DNA of 64,000 nt from an uncultured Dehalococcoidaceae bacterium (GCA_964558675.1 CAZLEY010000006.1:15043-79042), one strand, 5' to 3'. Shown: positions 52,473-62,242, counted from the stretch's first letter. Notes: a model not told the origin generated them from the sequence alone. Translations and numbers: made by a program.

Positions 52473-53807
52473 ATGGAAGATAACCGGGCAGAGCTGACCC
52501 CAAAGGAAAAAAGAGAGCAGCGCTTTAACTGGTGGCTCAATAACGACGGCATCAATTTCATCAATGACGAGGCCAAGAAGGCCTACAGGACAAGAGTACA
52601 AAGGATGATTGACGCTTATAACGTCGAGGAGCCGGATAGAGTGCCCGTTTCCTTGCCCATCGGGGCTATGCCTGCCTATTATTACGGTACCGACTATTAC
52701 ACCTGCATGTATGACTATGACAAGCTTATAGCGGCATGCGACAAGTTCAATAAGGACTTCGCCGACCTGGATATATTCGTCGGTCCCGGTATGTTCCTTC
52801 CGGGAAGAGTCTACGACCTTCTCGATTATAAGCTGTATAAGTGGCCGGGGCACGGGCTTTCCAAGAGTGCCGAGGGAATACAGTTTGTCGAAGGCGAGTA
52901 TATGAAGGCCGACGAATACGACGCCCTGATAAAGAACCCTTCTGATTTCTGGATGAGGGTCTACATGCCCCGTATCTTCGGGGCTTTTGAGTCGTGGAAT
53001 ATGTTGTTACCGTGGACGAATATCATCGAGCTGCCGTCCATGTACTTCTTCCCGTTTATGATGCCCCAGGTGCAGGCCTCCATGCAGACGCTTATTGATG
53101 TCGGTAATGAGCTTGGAAAATATATGAAAGTTATGGGAGAATTCGGCCGAAAGGGACTCGAAGCCGGATTCTCGTCAGCGATGGGGGCTTTTGCCAAAGC
53201 GCCGTTCGATGTCATCGGTGATACGCTCAGAGGCACGCAAGGGATATTCTTTGACATGTTCCGCCAGCCGGACAAGCTCCTCGAAGGCATCGAAGTAATC
53301 ACGACCCTTATGATTGATTCCGTGATATCCTCGGTTAATGCCTCCCGGGGCCTGATGGCGATGTTCCCTCTGCATAAAGGCGCCGACGGCTGGATGTCCG
53401 ACGAGCAGTTCAATACCTTCTACTGGCCGTCCCTGAAGAAAGTCATCAACGCCCTGGTTGACGAAGGTATCCTGGTATACCTGTTCGCCGAGGGAAGCTA
53501 TAATACACGATTGGAAAGCGTTAACGAATTCCCCAAAGGTGCTGTCACCTGGCTTTTCGACAAGACGGATATGGCCAGGGCCAAGAAAGTCATCGGTGAC
53601 AGGTGCTGTATCTCCGGGAACGTACCCACTTCGCTGATGATTACCGGCACACCAGAAGATGTTAAAGAATACTGCCGTAGGCTTATCGAAACCTGCGCCC
53701 CGGGTGGCGGTTATATCCTGGCCGGTGGCGCCCAGGTTGACAAAGGCAACCCGGAAAACCTGCGCGCTATGGTAGAGGCTGCTAGAGAATACGGCGTGTA
53801 CAAATAA
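52473..53807 (+). CDS. Uroporphyrinogen-decarboxylase-fold (URO-D / MtaA-CmuA-like) family protein, long form
   Basis: 444 aa. EEPDRVPVSLPIG near the N-terminus and a C-terminal GGGYILAGGAQVDKGNPENLRAMVEAAREYGVY, as in URO-D/MtaA family members. I see no obvious H-x-C zinc motif (YLFAEGSY at that position). Confidence 0.6.
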   Translation: MEDNRAELTPKEKREQRFNWWLNNDGINFINDEAKKAYRTRVQRMIDAYNVEEPDRVPVSLPIGAMPAYYYGTDYYTCMYDYDKLIAACDKFNKDFADLDIFVGPGMFLPGRVYDLLDYKLYKWPGHGLSKSAEGIQFVEGEYMKADEYDALIKNPSDFWMRVYMPRIFGAFESWNMLLPWTNIIELPSMYFFPFMMPQVQASMQTLIDVGNELGKYMKVMGEFGRKGLEAGFSSAMGAFAKAPFDVIGDTLRGTQGIFFDMFRQPDKLLEGIEVITTLMIDSVISSVNASRGLMAMFPLHKGADGWMSDEQFNTFYWPSLKKVINALVDEGILVYLFAEGSYNTRLESVNEFPKGAVTWLFDKTDMARAKKVIGDRCCISGNVPTSLMITGTPEDVKEYCRRLIETCAPGGGYILAGGAQVDKGNPENLRAMVEAAREYGVYK

Positions 53808-53810
53808 GCA

Positions 53811-54365
53811 TTATGGTCGACCAGGCTTATTGCTCTCTAAGGGAGGAATGGCAGGTTGGTTGGAATCTCGTGATTTTTCCATGAGTTGAAGCACGTGTTT
53901 CCTGAACCTTCTCAAAATAGTCTGAAACGACTCCGCTTCTTCCTGGTCCAGGCACTGCATAGCCTGCGAAGCAATTGTGTGCCGAAGGGACATCGTTTGC
54001 TCCACCAGGTCCAGACCCTTCTCCGTTATGCTGACTTTTCTCAGTCGGCGGTCCCGTTTTGTACCGGAACTTCTGGTCAGTCCCAGCGACTCAAGACTGT
54101 CAACAGCTTTAGTGGTGGCATGTTTAGAGCGGGTTATCCGGTAGCTCAATTCGGTCGGTGTCAGCGTACCGCCACGTATTATCAAAATATGCAGGATGCT
54201 CATCTGGGTCCGATTCAGGCCGAATTTCCTAAGCTCGTTATCCAGATATTTGTTAACAATTTCGAATGTGTAGATAAAGGAAAGAAAGTTATCGAATCTC
54301 AAATCATTAGCCTGAACCCTGAGGCGCTTGGCTAATGAGTCCAGCCTTTCCGAGTGACCTTTCAC
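53811..54365 (-). CDS. MarR-family transcriptional regulator
   Basis: LNRTQMSILHILIIRGGTLTPTELSYRITRSKHATTKAVDSLESLGLTRSSGTKRDRR is a MarR wHTH. Start set to GTG 54365, 6 nt after an AAGGAG SD (track start 54434). It is divergent from the carboxylase-like operon. Confidence 0.8.
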   Translation of the reverse strand: MKGHSERLDSLAKRLRVQANDLRFDNFLSFIYTFEIVNKYLDNELRKFGLNRTQMSILHILIIRGGTLTPTELSYRITRSKHATTKAVDSLESLGLTRSSGTKRDRRLRKVSITEKGLDLVEQTMSLRHTIASQAMQCLDQEEAESFQTILRRFRKHVLQLMEKSRDSNQPAIPPLESNKPGRP

Positions 54366-54474
54366 AATAACTCCTTTGTGATAAAGAAGTGCCTTACACG
54401 ATGGTATTCTAACAAATACCGAAATAATTATCAAAAAGTATTATATGTTATATTCAATCATGTGATTGTAACAC

Positions 54475-54504
54475 TTGACTCTATTTTTTAATATATGATA
54501 TATA
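54475..54504 (+). promoter_or_regulatory. Candidate promoter of the carboxylase-like operon in the MarR-divergent region
   Basis: TTGACT (54475-54480), 18 nt, TATATA (54499-54504). It is embedded in the ATATATGATATATAT near-palindrome that could be the MarR operator. Confidence 0.35.
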
Positions 54505-54576
54505 TAATTGATTGGGAAATTCGAGTCTATCAAACAGCACGGTTTTGTATGATTTAAACAAGCGGGAGGAGCAAAG

Positions 54577-56628
54577 ATGTCTTTCATGATTGGCGTTGAC
54601 ACCGGAGGCACATTTACGGACGGTTTTTTCACCCGTAACGGAGACCTGAGAACAGTCAAAGTATTAACAACTCCTCACGACCTTACGGTCTGTTTGGTGG
54701 ATTGCATAAAAGAAGGCGCCGAACAATTCGGAGTCCCGGTGCAGGAAATGCTGGCGGATACCGACATTGTAAGGTATTCAACCACGGTCAGTGTTAATAC
54801 GATAATTCAGAGAACGGGAGCGAAAATCGGGCTACTTGTCAGTCAGGGTTTTAAGGACTCGCTATATTCCAGTGATAAAAGCGCCATTGAGCCGATATTC
54901 TCTTTCATAGCCAGGGATATGATTGCCGAGGTAATTGAGGAGATTGATGACAAAGGCAAAATAGTAAAACCTGTCGATACCGAGGACCTGATTGTCAAGA
55001 TGCAGAATATGACGGATATGGGCGCCCGTGCCATTGTCGTCAGTCTCAATAATTCACATATTAATCCCGAGCATGAAAAACAGATAAGGGCGATAATAAA
55101 GGAACAGTCCCCCAGCTATTTCCTGGGGAGTATTAGAGTACTTCTGGCCTCTGATATCTCCGACCAGCCGGATGCCTTTTATCGCACCAATGCGGCGGTA
55201 ATAAACGGGTATATACACGATGCCATGGTCAGGTATCTATACCGGTCGGAGGATGACCTGAAAGCAAATCTTTACACGCGGCCATTAATGGTAGGGCATT
55301 CGCATGGCGGCACCGCCAGAGTGGCCAAGACAAGGGCTATCGATACTTATTCGTCCGGTCCCGTGCTGGGTGTATTTGGAGCCCAGCTGGTGGGGAAGGC
55401 CCATGGCTTCTCTGAGGTAATAGCCGTCGACGTAGGCGGCACCAGCCTGGATATCGGCATAATCCGTGGCGGCAGCCATAACTACACTCTCACTCCCATA
55501 ATCTCCGACCTTCCTGTCAGCGTACCCATGATTGTTACCCACTCGGTGGGTATAGGTGGTTGTTCAATTGTCAAGCTGAATAACTCAGGTGGCGTTCAGG
55601 TCGGACCCAGAAGCGCCGGCGCCAGCCCGGGCCCGGCATGCTTTAACCGCGGGGGAATGGAACCTACCGTTACGGACGCAGACGTTGCCCTGGGCTTTAT
55701 TGACCCCAATAATTTCCTCGGAGGCAAGGTGCTGCTTGATAAAGACAAAGCCATAGCATCAATCAAGAGAAGAATCGCTGACCCTATGAAAATCAGCGTT
55801 GAGGAAGCAGCCTGCCTGATAAAAGAAACCACCGAAAGGAATATTCGAGAGGAACTGCTACATTTCTTGAAAGAGAAAGGTATTGAGACAGATAAATTGA
55901 GCGATTTCGCCCTGGTAGCCTACGGTGGCGGCGGCCCGACCCGCTACGGCGGTTTCGTCAGCGGTTTGGAATTCGGCCAGATACTGACAAGCCCCTATGC
56001 CTCAACTTTCTGCGCCTTCGGTTTTTCCACAACAGATTTGCTTCATCGCTATTCAAAATACCTGCCGCTTATCCTCTTTGACGGCGTTGACTATCTGAAG
56101 GACTATAAGAGGCTTAACGAGACCGTAACGCAGCTAATGGATGTGGCCAGGAGAGACATCGAGGGGGAGGGTTTCTCCTCCGATAACGCTGGTTATAACC
56201 TCGAGCTCATCGGGGACAACGGCCTGGCAGAGCATAACGTAAAGCTGGAAAAGACACAAATAAGCTCTTTGGAAGAAATGAAAAATATATGTGCTCAATT
56301 CGGTAGACCCGGTGGGCAGGGTCCGGCGAAAATCGCCATTTCCACCATTATCCTGAATGCCACCGTACCAATGCCGCACTACGAACTGAAGGCCAGTCCA
56401 CTGGCCGGCGAAGACCCCGGCGGCGCGTTAAGAGGAGAGCGGGATGTATACTGGTCACGTGAAGTCGGTTACCGCAAGACCCCCATTTATAATAGAGAGT
56501 TACTGGTGCCGGGCAACAGAGTTGTCGGTCCGGCGGTTGTCGAAGCCAAAGACACAACCTATGTCATACCGGCCAATAAGTTTTATTACATCAGCGAGTA
56601 TTCACACGGCGTTTTAGGGGAGGTTTAA
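54577..56628 (+). CDS. Hydantoinase A / oxoprolinase-family ATPase subunit (acetone/acetophenone carboxylase HyuA-type), paralogue 1
   Basis: 683 aa. N-terminal IGVDTGGTFTDGFF, with a second ASKHA motif VIAVDVGGTSLDIG. GGAGGAG SD. Confidence 0.85.
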   Translation: MSFMIGVDTGGTFTDGFFTRNGDLRTVKVLTTPHDLTVCLVDCIKEGAEQFGVPVQEMLADTDIVRYSTTVSVNTIIQRTGAKIGLLVSQGFKDSLYSSDKSAIEPIFSFIARDMIAEVIEEIDDKGKIVKPVDTEDLIVKMQNMTDMGARAIVVSLNNSHINPEHEKQIRAIIKEQSPSYFLGSIRVLLASDISDQPDAFYRTNAAVINGYIHDAMVRYLYRSEDDLKANLYTRPLMVGHSHGGTARVAKTRAIDTYSSGPVLGVFGAQLVGKAHGFSEVIAVDVGGTSLDIGIIRGGSHNYTLTPIISDLPVSVPMIVTHSVGIGGCSIVKLNNSGGVQVGPRSAGASPGPACFNRGGMEPTVTDADVALGFIDPNNFLGGKVLLDKDKAIASIKRRIADPMKISVEEAACLIKETTERNIREELLHFLKEKGIETDKLSDFALVAYGGGGPTRYGGFVSGLEFGQILTSPYASTFCAFGFSTTDLLHRYSKYLPLILFDGVDYLKDYKRLNETVTQLMDVARRDIEGEGFSSDNAGYNLELIGDNGLAEHNVKLEKTQISSLEEMKNICAQFGRPGGQGPAKIAISTIILNATVPMPHYELKASPLAGEDPGGALRGERDVYWSREVGYRKTPIYNRELLVPGNRVVGPAVVEAKDTTYVIPANKFYYISEYSHGVLGEV

Positions 56629-56630
56629 TC

Positions 56631-56984
56631 ATGACCAATATGCGTATTACGGAAACCCTGGAAATTGACCTGGAGAAAGAGATGTGGTGCTGCAATCGAT
56701 GCCACGCAGAAATATGTTCCGCCCGAGAGCCTTACGTCAGGGGCTGCCTGGTTTACGAAAGGCCGGCTGATGAAATATACGGGCCGCCGATTCCGGTCAA
56801 ACAGGATTCCGCCAGCATTTCCTACGCGCCGGACCCGGACTTCATGAGGATAATCGAATTTTATTGCCCGGAATGCGGAGCAATAATAACGATTCAGTAT
56901 TTGCCGCCGGGCCATCCTATTGTTACAGAAATAGAACTTGATATTGACAAGCTGAAGGAAAGGGCTTCCCAGCAGCCGAAATGA
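56631..56984 (+). CDS. Acetone-carboxylase gamma-subunit-like small zinc protein
   Basis: 117 aa. WCCNRCHAEIC ... FYCPECGAIITIQYLPPGHP (CxxC + CxxC). It starts 2 nt after the HyuA-type gene. Confidence 0.75.
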   Translation: MTNMRITETLEIDLEKEMWCCNRCHAEICSAREPYVRGCLVYERPADEIYGPPIPVKQDSASISYAPDPDFMRIIEFYCPECGAIITIQYLPPGHPIVTEIELDIDKLKERASQQPK

Positions 56985-57961
56985 ATTCGAAAACGGCATT
57001 CAAAAACACTTACAGACTGATGAACAGTGAAAGACCTGTATTTATTCCATTTGTTTATGGACTTGCCGCCAAACTGGAGCAAATCCCGCTGGCGGAAATA
57101 ACGTCCGACGCCAGTTACTACACTCATTCGTTAGAGGATGCCTGTAATTTGTTCAAATATGACGGAGTAGTCAATAACTTCGACGCTACCATCGAGGCTG
57201 AGCTCTTCGGTTGCGAACTGGAGTGGCCCGATGATTACGCTGCCCCGAGAATCACCAGTTGCAGCCGGGCTGAACTGCGGGAAATAGACCCAGCAGAAAG
57301 CAGCCGCATCCAGATTCTACTGGAAACTACCAAACGTACCGTCATGTCAAAGGGCAAAGATGTTGCTGTCATTGGTATTCTCACCGGACCCTGCTCACTG
57401 GTGAAGACCCTGATGATTAATAAAAGCGATGACACAGAAAACGCCATCGCCCTGGCCGGGAGCTTGCTTACGAAACTGGTTAAAAATTTATGTGAATTAA
57501 GGGTTGACGCTATATTTTTCAGGGAAGACCTTCTGGATAGCGGCTATCGTGACGAATTGCTGGCATATCCTAAACCCTACACGGACGCCTATACAACGCT
57601 GTTTAACCTGATTAAATACTATAACTGCTTCCCGGCGATTATCGTTAAAAACATGGAGACGGACTTCATTACCGAACTACACGAGATGATAAAACCAAAC
57701 GGGTTAATCCTGCTTGGCAAGAAAATTAGTGATGATGACATGGCACATTTGCAGAATTTGTCGGATTCCCTGAAAATCTCATTCGGTCTGCCGCTCGCAT
57801 TAGGGAATCAGGCTGAATTAAAGGAACAGTTTGCCATCATCAGCCAGTTCATTAACAAACATAAACCTACCGGATTTTTCTATGTCAGTGAAGGCGAAGT
57901 TCCGTATGATATGCCTCTGGAGATTCTTCACGATTTAATCGCAGAAATGCAGAACGTATAA
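56981..57961 (+). CDS. URO-D-fold (MtaA/uroporphyrinogen-decarboxylase-like) protein embedded in the carboxylase operon; probably non-canonical
   Basis: 326 aa. NFDATIEAELFGCELEWPDDYAAPRI, VAVIGILTGPCSLVKTL, VDAIFFREDLL and FYVSEGEVPYDMPLEILHDLIAEM align with the URO-D/MtaA pattern. The usual H-x-C(G) zinc site reads AIIVKNME. ATGA overlap with the gamma gene. Confidence 0.55.
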   Translation: MNSKTAFKNTYRLMNSERPVFIPFVYGLAAKLEQIPLAEITSDASYYTHSLEDACNLFKYDGVVNNFDATIEAELFGCELEWPDDYAAPRITSCSRAELREIDPAESSRIQILLETTKRTVMSKGKDVAVIGILTGPCSLVKTLMINKSDDTENAIALAGSLLTKLVKNLCELRVDAIFFREDLLDSGYRDELLAYPKPYTDAYTTLFNLIKYYNCFPAIIVKNMETDFITELHEMIKPNGLILLGKKISDDDMAHLQNLSDSLKISFGLPLALGNQAELKEQFAIISQFINKHKPTGFFYVSEGEVPYDMPLEILHDLIAEMQNV

Positions 57962-57983
57962 AAAGCAACGCAGGAGGAAAAGG

Positions 57984-60119
57984 ATGGGATATATTATCAA
58001 TGTTGACGTCGGCGGCACATTTATGGACTTTTTTATAGCTAAAGGTGATAAATACATCACCACGAAGGTACCAACTACGGCTTACGAACTTGGAGTGGGG
58101 TTTATTAGAGGAATCGAGGAGTGTGCTGAGAAAGATGGCAAAACACTTGAAGAATTCCTTACCGAGACCGATGTCGTCAAGTACTGCACAACTATCGGTA
58201 CCAACATACTTATTGAGCATACAGGACCCAAACTGGGATTGATAACCACGCGCGGGTTTGAGGATACAATCTTCATAGGCAGGGGACGGCAGTGGGCAGA
58301 CGGCCTGCCTGCTTCGGACGTCCAGGATGTTACTTCGATTGAGAAGCCGGTGCCGCTCATCCCCCGCAAGCTGGTGGTAGGCGTTAGAGAGCGATTGGAC
58401 TATAGTGGCAATATCGTTATGCCGCTGGTAAAAGAGGATGTTCTGACACAGCTCAGATATCTGGTGGATAACGGCGTACGCGGCTTTGTGGTCAGCCTCT
58501 TATGGTCATTTATTAACCCGGTTCACGAAAGGCAGATAAGAAGCATTATCGAGGAGGAATTCCCGGAAGTCTACCTGGGTAATATGCCCATCATACTGTC
58601 GTCCGAGATATCACCAAAAGAGGGCGAATATGTCAGGACAATGACGGCGATAGTCAATGCCTATATTCATGTGGGGTTTGTCGAGCAGATATCCGCTTTA
58701 TGCAGTGACCTGCTTGACAATGGATATCAAAAGCCACTCCTCCTCTCCGACAACGTCGGTGGTTGCGCCAAAGTGGCCAGAACCAGGGCGATTGCTACCT
58801 ATGGGGCCAGTCCTGTCAGCGGACTCTGCGGGGCAGCCCGCCTGTGCAGCGGTGTCGGCCTTCCGAATGTCGTCTTTTGTGACACTGGCGGTACCAGCTT
58901 TGACATCGGACTCATTACTGATGGCAGTATTACCCACTATGACCTATACCCTACGGTTGACCGGTGGCGGACTCAAATAACGGCGATAAAAATAGCGTCA
59001 ATCGGCGCCGGCGGCGGTTCAATAGCCTGGTTGAATCCTTCACTGGGCAATCGCCTTGAGGTCGGGCCAGCCAGTGCCAAGTCCATGCCCGGCCCGGCAT
59101 GCTATGACTTGGGAGGGGAAAACCCCACTGCTACCGATGCCGACGTTGTTCTGGGCTATGTAAATCCGGATTACTTCCTGGGCGGCAAATTCAGGCTGAA
59201 TAAAGGGAAGGCAGTAAAGGCCTTGAAAGAGCTGGGAGAAAAGACCGGATGGGATGAGATGACCACCGCCATGATGATTAAGAAGGTAATTGACGCCAAG
59301 ATGGGGCAGGAGATTTTCAAAGAGGTAGCCCTTAAAGGGTACGAACCTTCAGAGTTCACCGTTTTCGCCGGCGGCGGCGCCGGCCCCGGGCACTGCTGTA
59401 GTGTGGCCGCCGCCTCCGAAATGAGTAAAATTATCGTCCCGCCGATGTCTCCCGTAGCAGGAGCCTATGGAGCGTCCACGCTGGACGTTGTTCACAGCTA
59501 CGAGAAGTCAAGAAACACCAGGCTGTTCGACTACGCCAAGGGGGCTTATTTCTCTGACTTCGACATTTTTAACTCCATTATTAACGAACTCAGAGAACTC
59601 GCCGTCAGGGATATCATACTCGAAGGATTTAAAGAGGAACAGGCGGCTTTCCGGCTGGAACTTGAGATGAGATACGGCATGCAGTGGCGCTATACACCCA
59701 TTGAGTCTCCTCTCCTGTTCATCAACAGCACCGAGGATGTGAAAAAGGTTTGTGACCGCTTTACGGAAGAGTTCAGCCGCCTCTACAGCGCTGAAGCCGC
59801 CTTTCCCCAGGGAGGTGTGGAAATCGAGACATACCGTCTCTTCGTACATCTGCCCCTGCCGCACTTCACGCTGACGCAACATGAAGCTGTTGGTGAAAAA
59901 ACCGCCAAAGCTGCCCTCAAGGGTCAGAGAGAAGCCTACTGGGAAAAACTCGGTGGATTTAAGAACACGAATATATACCAGTGGGACCTGCTGAGAGCCG
60001 GGAACGTAATAGAGGGTCCGGCGGTAATAGAATCAGACAACACCACGGCTGTTATTGAGCCGGACTGGACATTCACGATGGCCCCGGAACTCTACGGAAT
60101 GATTACGTACAATCAATAG
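57984..60119 (+). CDS. Hydantoinase A / oxoprolinase-family subunit, paralogue 2
   Basis: 711 aa. INVDVGGTFMDFFI and VVFCDTGGTSFDIG. AGGAGGA SD. Confidence 0.85.
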   Translation: MGYIINVDVGGTFMDFFIAKGDKYITTKVPTTAYELGVGFIRGIEECAEKDGKTLEEFLTETDVVKYCTTIGTNILIEHTGPKLGLITTRGFEDTIFIGRGRQWADGLPASDVQDVTSIEKPVPLIPRKLVVGVRERLDYSGNIVMPLVKEDVLTQLRYLVDNGVRGFVVSLLWSFINPVHERQIRSIIEEEFPEVYLGNMPIILSSEISPKEGEYVRTMTAIVNAYIHVGFVEQISALCSDLLDNGYQKPLLLSDNVGGCAKVARTRAIATYGASPVSGLCGAARLCSGVGLPNVVFCDTGGTSFDIGLITDGSITHYDLYPTVDRWRTQITAIKIASIGAGGGSIAWLNPSLGNRLEVGPASAKSMPGPACYDLGGENPTATDADVVLGYVNPDYFLGGKFRLNKGKAVKALKELGEKTGWDEMTTAMMIKKVIDAKMGQEIFKEVALKGYEPSEFTVFAGGGAGPGHCCSVAAASEMSKIIVPPMSPVAGAYGASTLDVVHSYEKSRNTRLFDYAKGAYFSDFDIFNSIINELRELAVRDIILEGFKEEQAAFRLELEMRYGMQWRYTPIESPLLFINSTEDVKKVCDRFTEEFSRLYSAEAAFPQGGVEIETYRLFVHLPLPHFTLTQHEAVGEKTAKAALKGQREAYWEKLGGFKNTNIYQWDLLRAGNVIEGPAVIESDNTTAVIEPDWTFTMAPELYGMITYNQ

Positions 60120-60157
60120 CTTAACTCAGGATTTGAATAACGAAGAGGAGGAAGGAA

Positions 60158-62242
60158 ATGCCAGGTGCGATAGATTATGAAATAGGTAAACGATTGCATC
60201 CAGAGCCTCCGACGGAAGAGGAACTCGAATATATGAAGGACATAGAACCCACTTCGGCGGGTATTTTCCTCCACAAGCTGCTTACGATAGTATCCGAGGG
60301 TAATGAGACTCTTGTAAAGCTTGGTGCCAGTACGGGATGTCGCTGGGGAGATACGTCCAGTGCCATTTATACCAGGTCAGGTGACAGCGCCGTCTGTGCG
60401 TCAGGTCTGTATTTCCACTCCGTGCTGGGCTCGACGGATGTCAAGTATATCATGAAGTACTGGTTGAATGAGCCAAGTGTCGGCGTCAGGCCAGGAGACG
60501 CATTCTTCTGTAACATGCCCTACATCCGCGGTACGCATCCTCCGGATATGGCCATCTATGCACCCATATTCTATAAAGATAAGCTCGTATGCTGGATTGG
60601 AGCCGTGGTCCACACCGGGGAATGTGGCGCCTGTGAACCCGGTGGTATGCCTACCGGCTCGAGGAGCATGTATGAAGAGGGAATACAGGTCCCTGCCCTG
60701 AAAATAGCTGAAAACTACAGATTGAAAGAAGACGTTATCAATTACTTTAACCATATGGTACGAGACCCGCGGGCCATGACCCTGGACATCAAGGCAAGAA
60801 TGGCCTGTTTGAGAGTGGTCGAGAAACGCCTGTTAGCTGTCATTGAAAAGGTGACACCTGAGTATATGACCGGGATTCTGAGGTATGTCATCAAAATTAC
60901 GGGCGAAGCAACCCGGATGCGTATCAGTCAATGGAATGACGGCAAGTACAGCTTTGTCCAGTTCATTGACGCCGTCGGTATATTTCAGCGACTGACCAAA
61001 GTTGCCGTCACACTGGAGAAGAAAGGCGACCACCTGTACTTCGATTATGAAGGTACTTCACCGGAGGTTTTTGACCGCGTGGCCAATTCCCCGGGAACGG
61101 GGGTCGTCGGCGTCAACACGGTTTACTTGCTGGGGCACCTGTTCTACGATTTACCTCATAATTCGGGTATACTGGAGCCAATGTCTTTCAAGATGCCACA
61201 GGGCACTATCGTCAATGCCAGCCGCGAGTCTCCCAAGGCTGGTTGCGCTTACGTCCACGAGGCAGGTTCCCTGGCCGTGCAGTACGTGCTTCAGAACGTG
61301 GTTTACGCCGCCAGCCCTGACCGGACCGAGTGCGCCGGTAACCGTGGTTTCGATACCCTGTCTTACGGTGGCGTCAACCAGTACGGAGAGCCATTTGCCG
61401 ATGCAGGCGCCGAGATGAACGGTATCGGGTTTGGCGCCAGAAGCTATAAAGACGGTGTGGACGTGGCCGGGGCCTACTTTGCCCCGATGACCTCCGAGCC
61501 GGGAGAGGTTGAAAGCCTGGAATCACACCTGCCGTTCCTGTACCTGTACCGTGGCTTCCATCAGGACAGCTGCGGCCACGGCAAATACCGTGGCGGCGTC
61601 GGCATGGACTACGCCGTTAAAATCCACGCCGTACCCAATGCTGCACTGGGCACTTGGGGATTTGGTTCCAAAATAACCCTGGCCCAGGGACTCTTTGGAG
61701 GCTACGGTGTTCCGGCACTGCCTTTCCTGGCGGTTTCCGGTTCCAATCTGAATGAAATGCTGCGTAATACGGATACCAATATTCCGGGTTCGGCCAGGAT
61801 GCTTTACCGGGAACAGGCTATTAAGGGTCATTACAGATTGAGAGGATATCCCTGCGTGGCCGAGTCTACCAAAGAAGGCGACCTGGTAGCCGGGGGCACC
61901 GGCGGCGGCGGCGGCTATGGCGACCCGATTGAGCGTGACCCATCAATGGTAATGAAAGACCTGGAAAAAGGGGCCATTTCACACTGGGCTGCCAGGAATG
62001 TTTATAAAGTTATCTATGACGAAAAGATACTGGCGGTCGATGAAGAAAAAACGAAGTCGCTGCGCGAGCAGGAAAGAAAGGATAGAAAGTCCAGGGGCAA
62101 GAAATACGCGGAATTTGAGAAAGAATGGTCGAAGAACAAACCCGGTGACGAGACTTTAGAGTTTTACGGCTCGTGGCCGGCACCTAAATATGAATCTTTC
62201 GATTATTGGGGTTACTGGCCGGGCGTGTCTGAAAATGAATAA
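60158..62242 (+). CDS. Hydantoinase B / oxoprolinase-family subunit (HyuB / carboxylase catalytic-type subunit)
   Basis: 694 aa. HyuB-family C-terminal GGTGGGGGYGDPIERDP motif. GAGGAGGA SD. Confidence 0.85.
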   Translation: MPGAIDYEIGKRLHPEPPTEEELEYMKDIEPTSAGIFLHKLLTIVSEGNETLVKLGASTGCRWGDTSSAIYTRSGDSAVCASGLYFHSVLGSTDVKYIMKYWLNEPSVGVRPGDAFFCNMPYIRGTHPPDMAIYAPIFYKDKLVCWIGAVVHTGECGACEPGGMPTGSRSMYEEGIQVPALKIAENYRLKEDVINYFNHMVRDPRAMTLDIKARMACLRVVEKRLLAVIEKVTPEYMTGILRYVIKITGEATRMRISQWNDGKYSFVQFIDAVGIFQRLTKVAVTLEKKGDHLYFDYEGTSPEVFDRVANSPGTGVVGVNTVYLLGHLFYDLPHNSGILEPMSFKMPQGTIVNASRESPKAGCAYVHEAGSLAVQYVLQNVVYAASPDRTECAGNRGFDTLSYGGVNQYGEPFADAGAEMNGIGFGARSYKDGVDVAGAYFAPMTSEPGEVESLESHLPFLYLYRGFHQDSCGHGKYRGGVGMDYAVKIHAVPNAALGTWGFGSKITLAQGLFGGYGVPALPFLAVSGSNLNEMLRNTDTNIPGSARMLYREQAIKGHYRLRGYPCVAESTKEGDLVAGGTGGGGGYGDPIERDPSMVMKDLEKGAISHWAARNVYKVIYDEKILAVDEEKTKSLREQERKDRKSRGKKYAEFEKEWSKNKPGDETLEFYGSWPAPKYESFDYWGYWPGVSENE

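Noticed and set aside
39017-61418. Other long shadow ORFs (39017-39457 -, 43846-44304 -, 46637-47101 -, 48556-49020 -, 52392-52853 -, 52961-53413 -, 53886-54335 +, 61002-61418 +)
   Set aside because: Each is nested in or antisense to a gene with an unambiguous family signature (dctQ, btuD, cobT, cobQ, URO-D-like, MarR, hyuB). None has an SD or recognisable domains.
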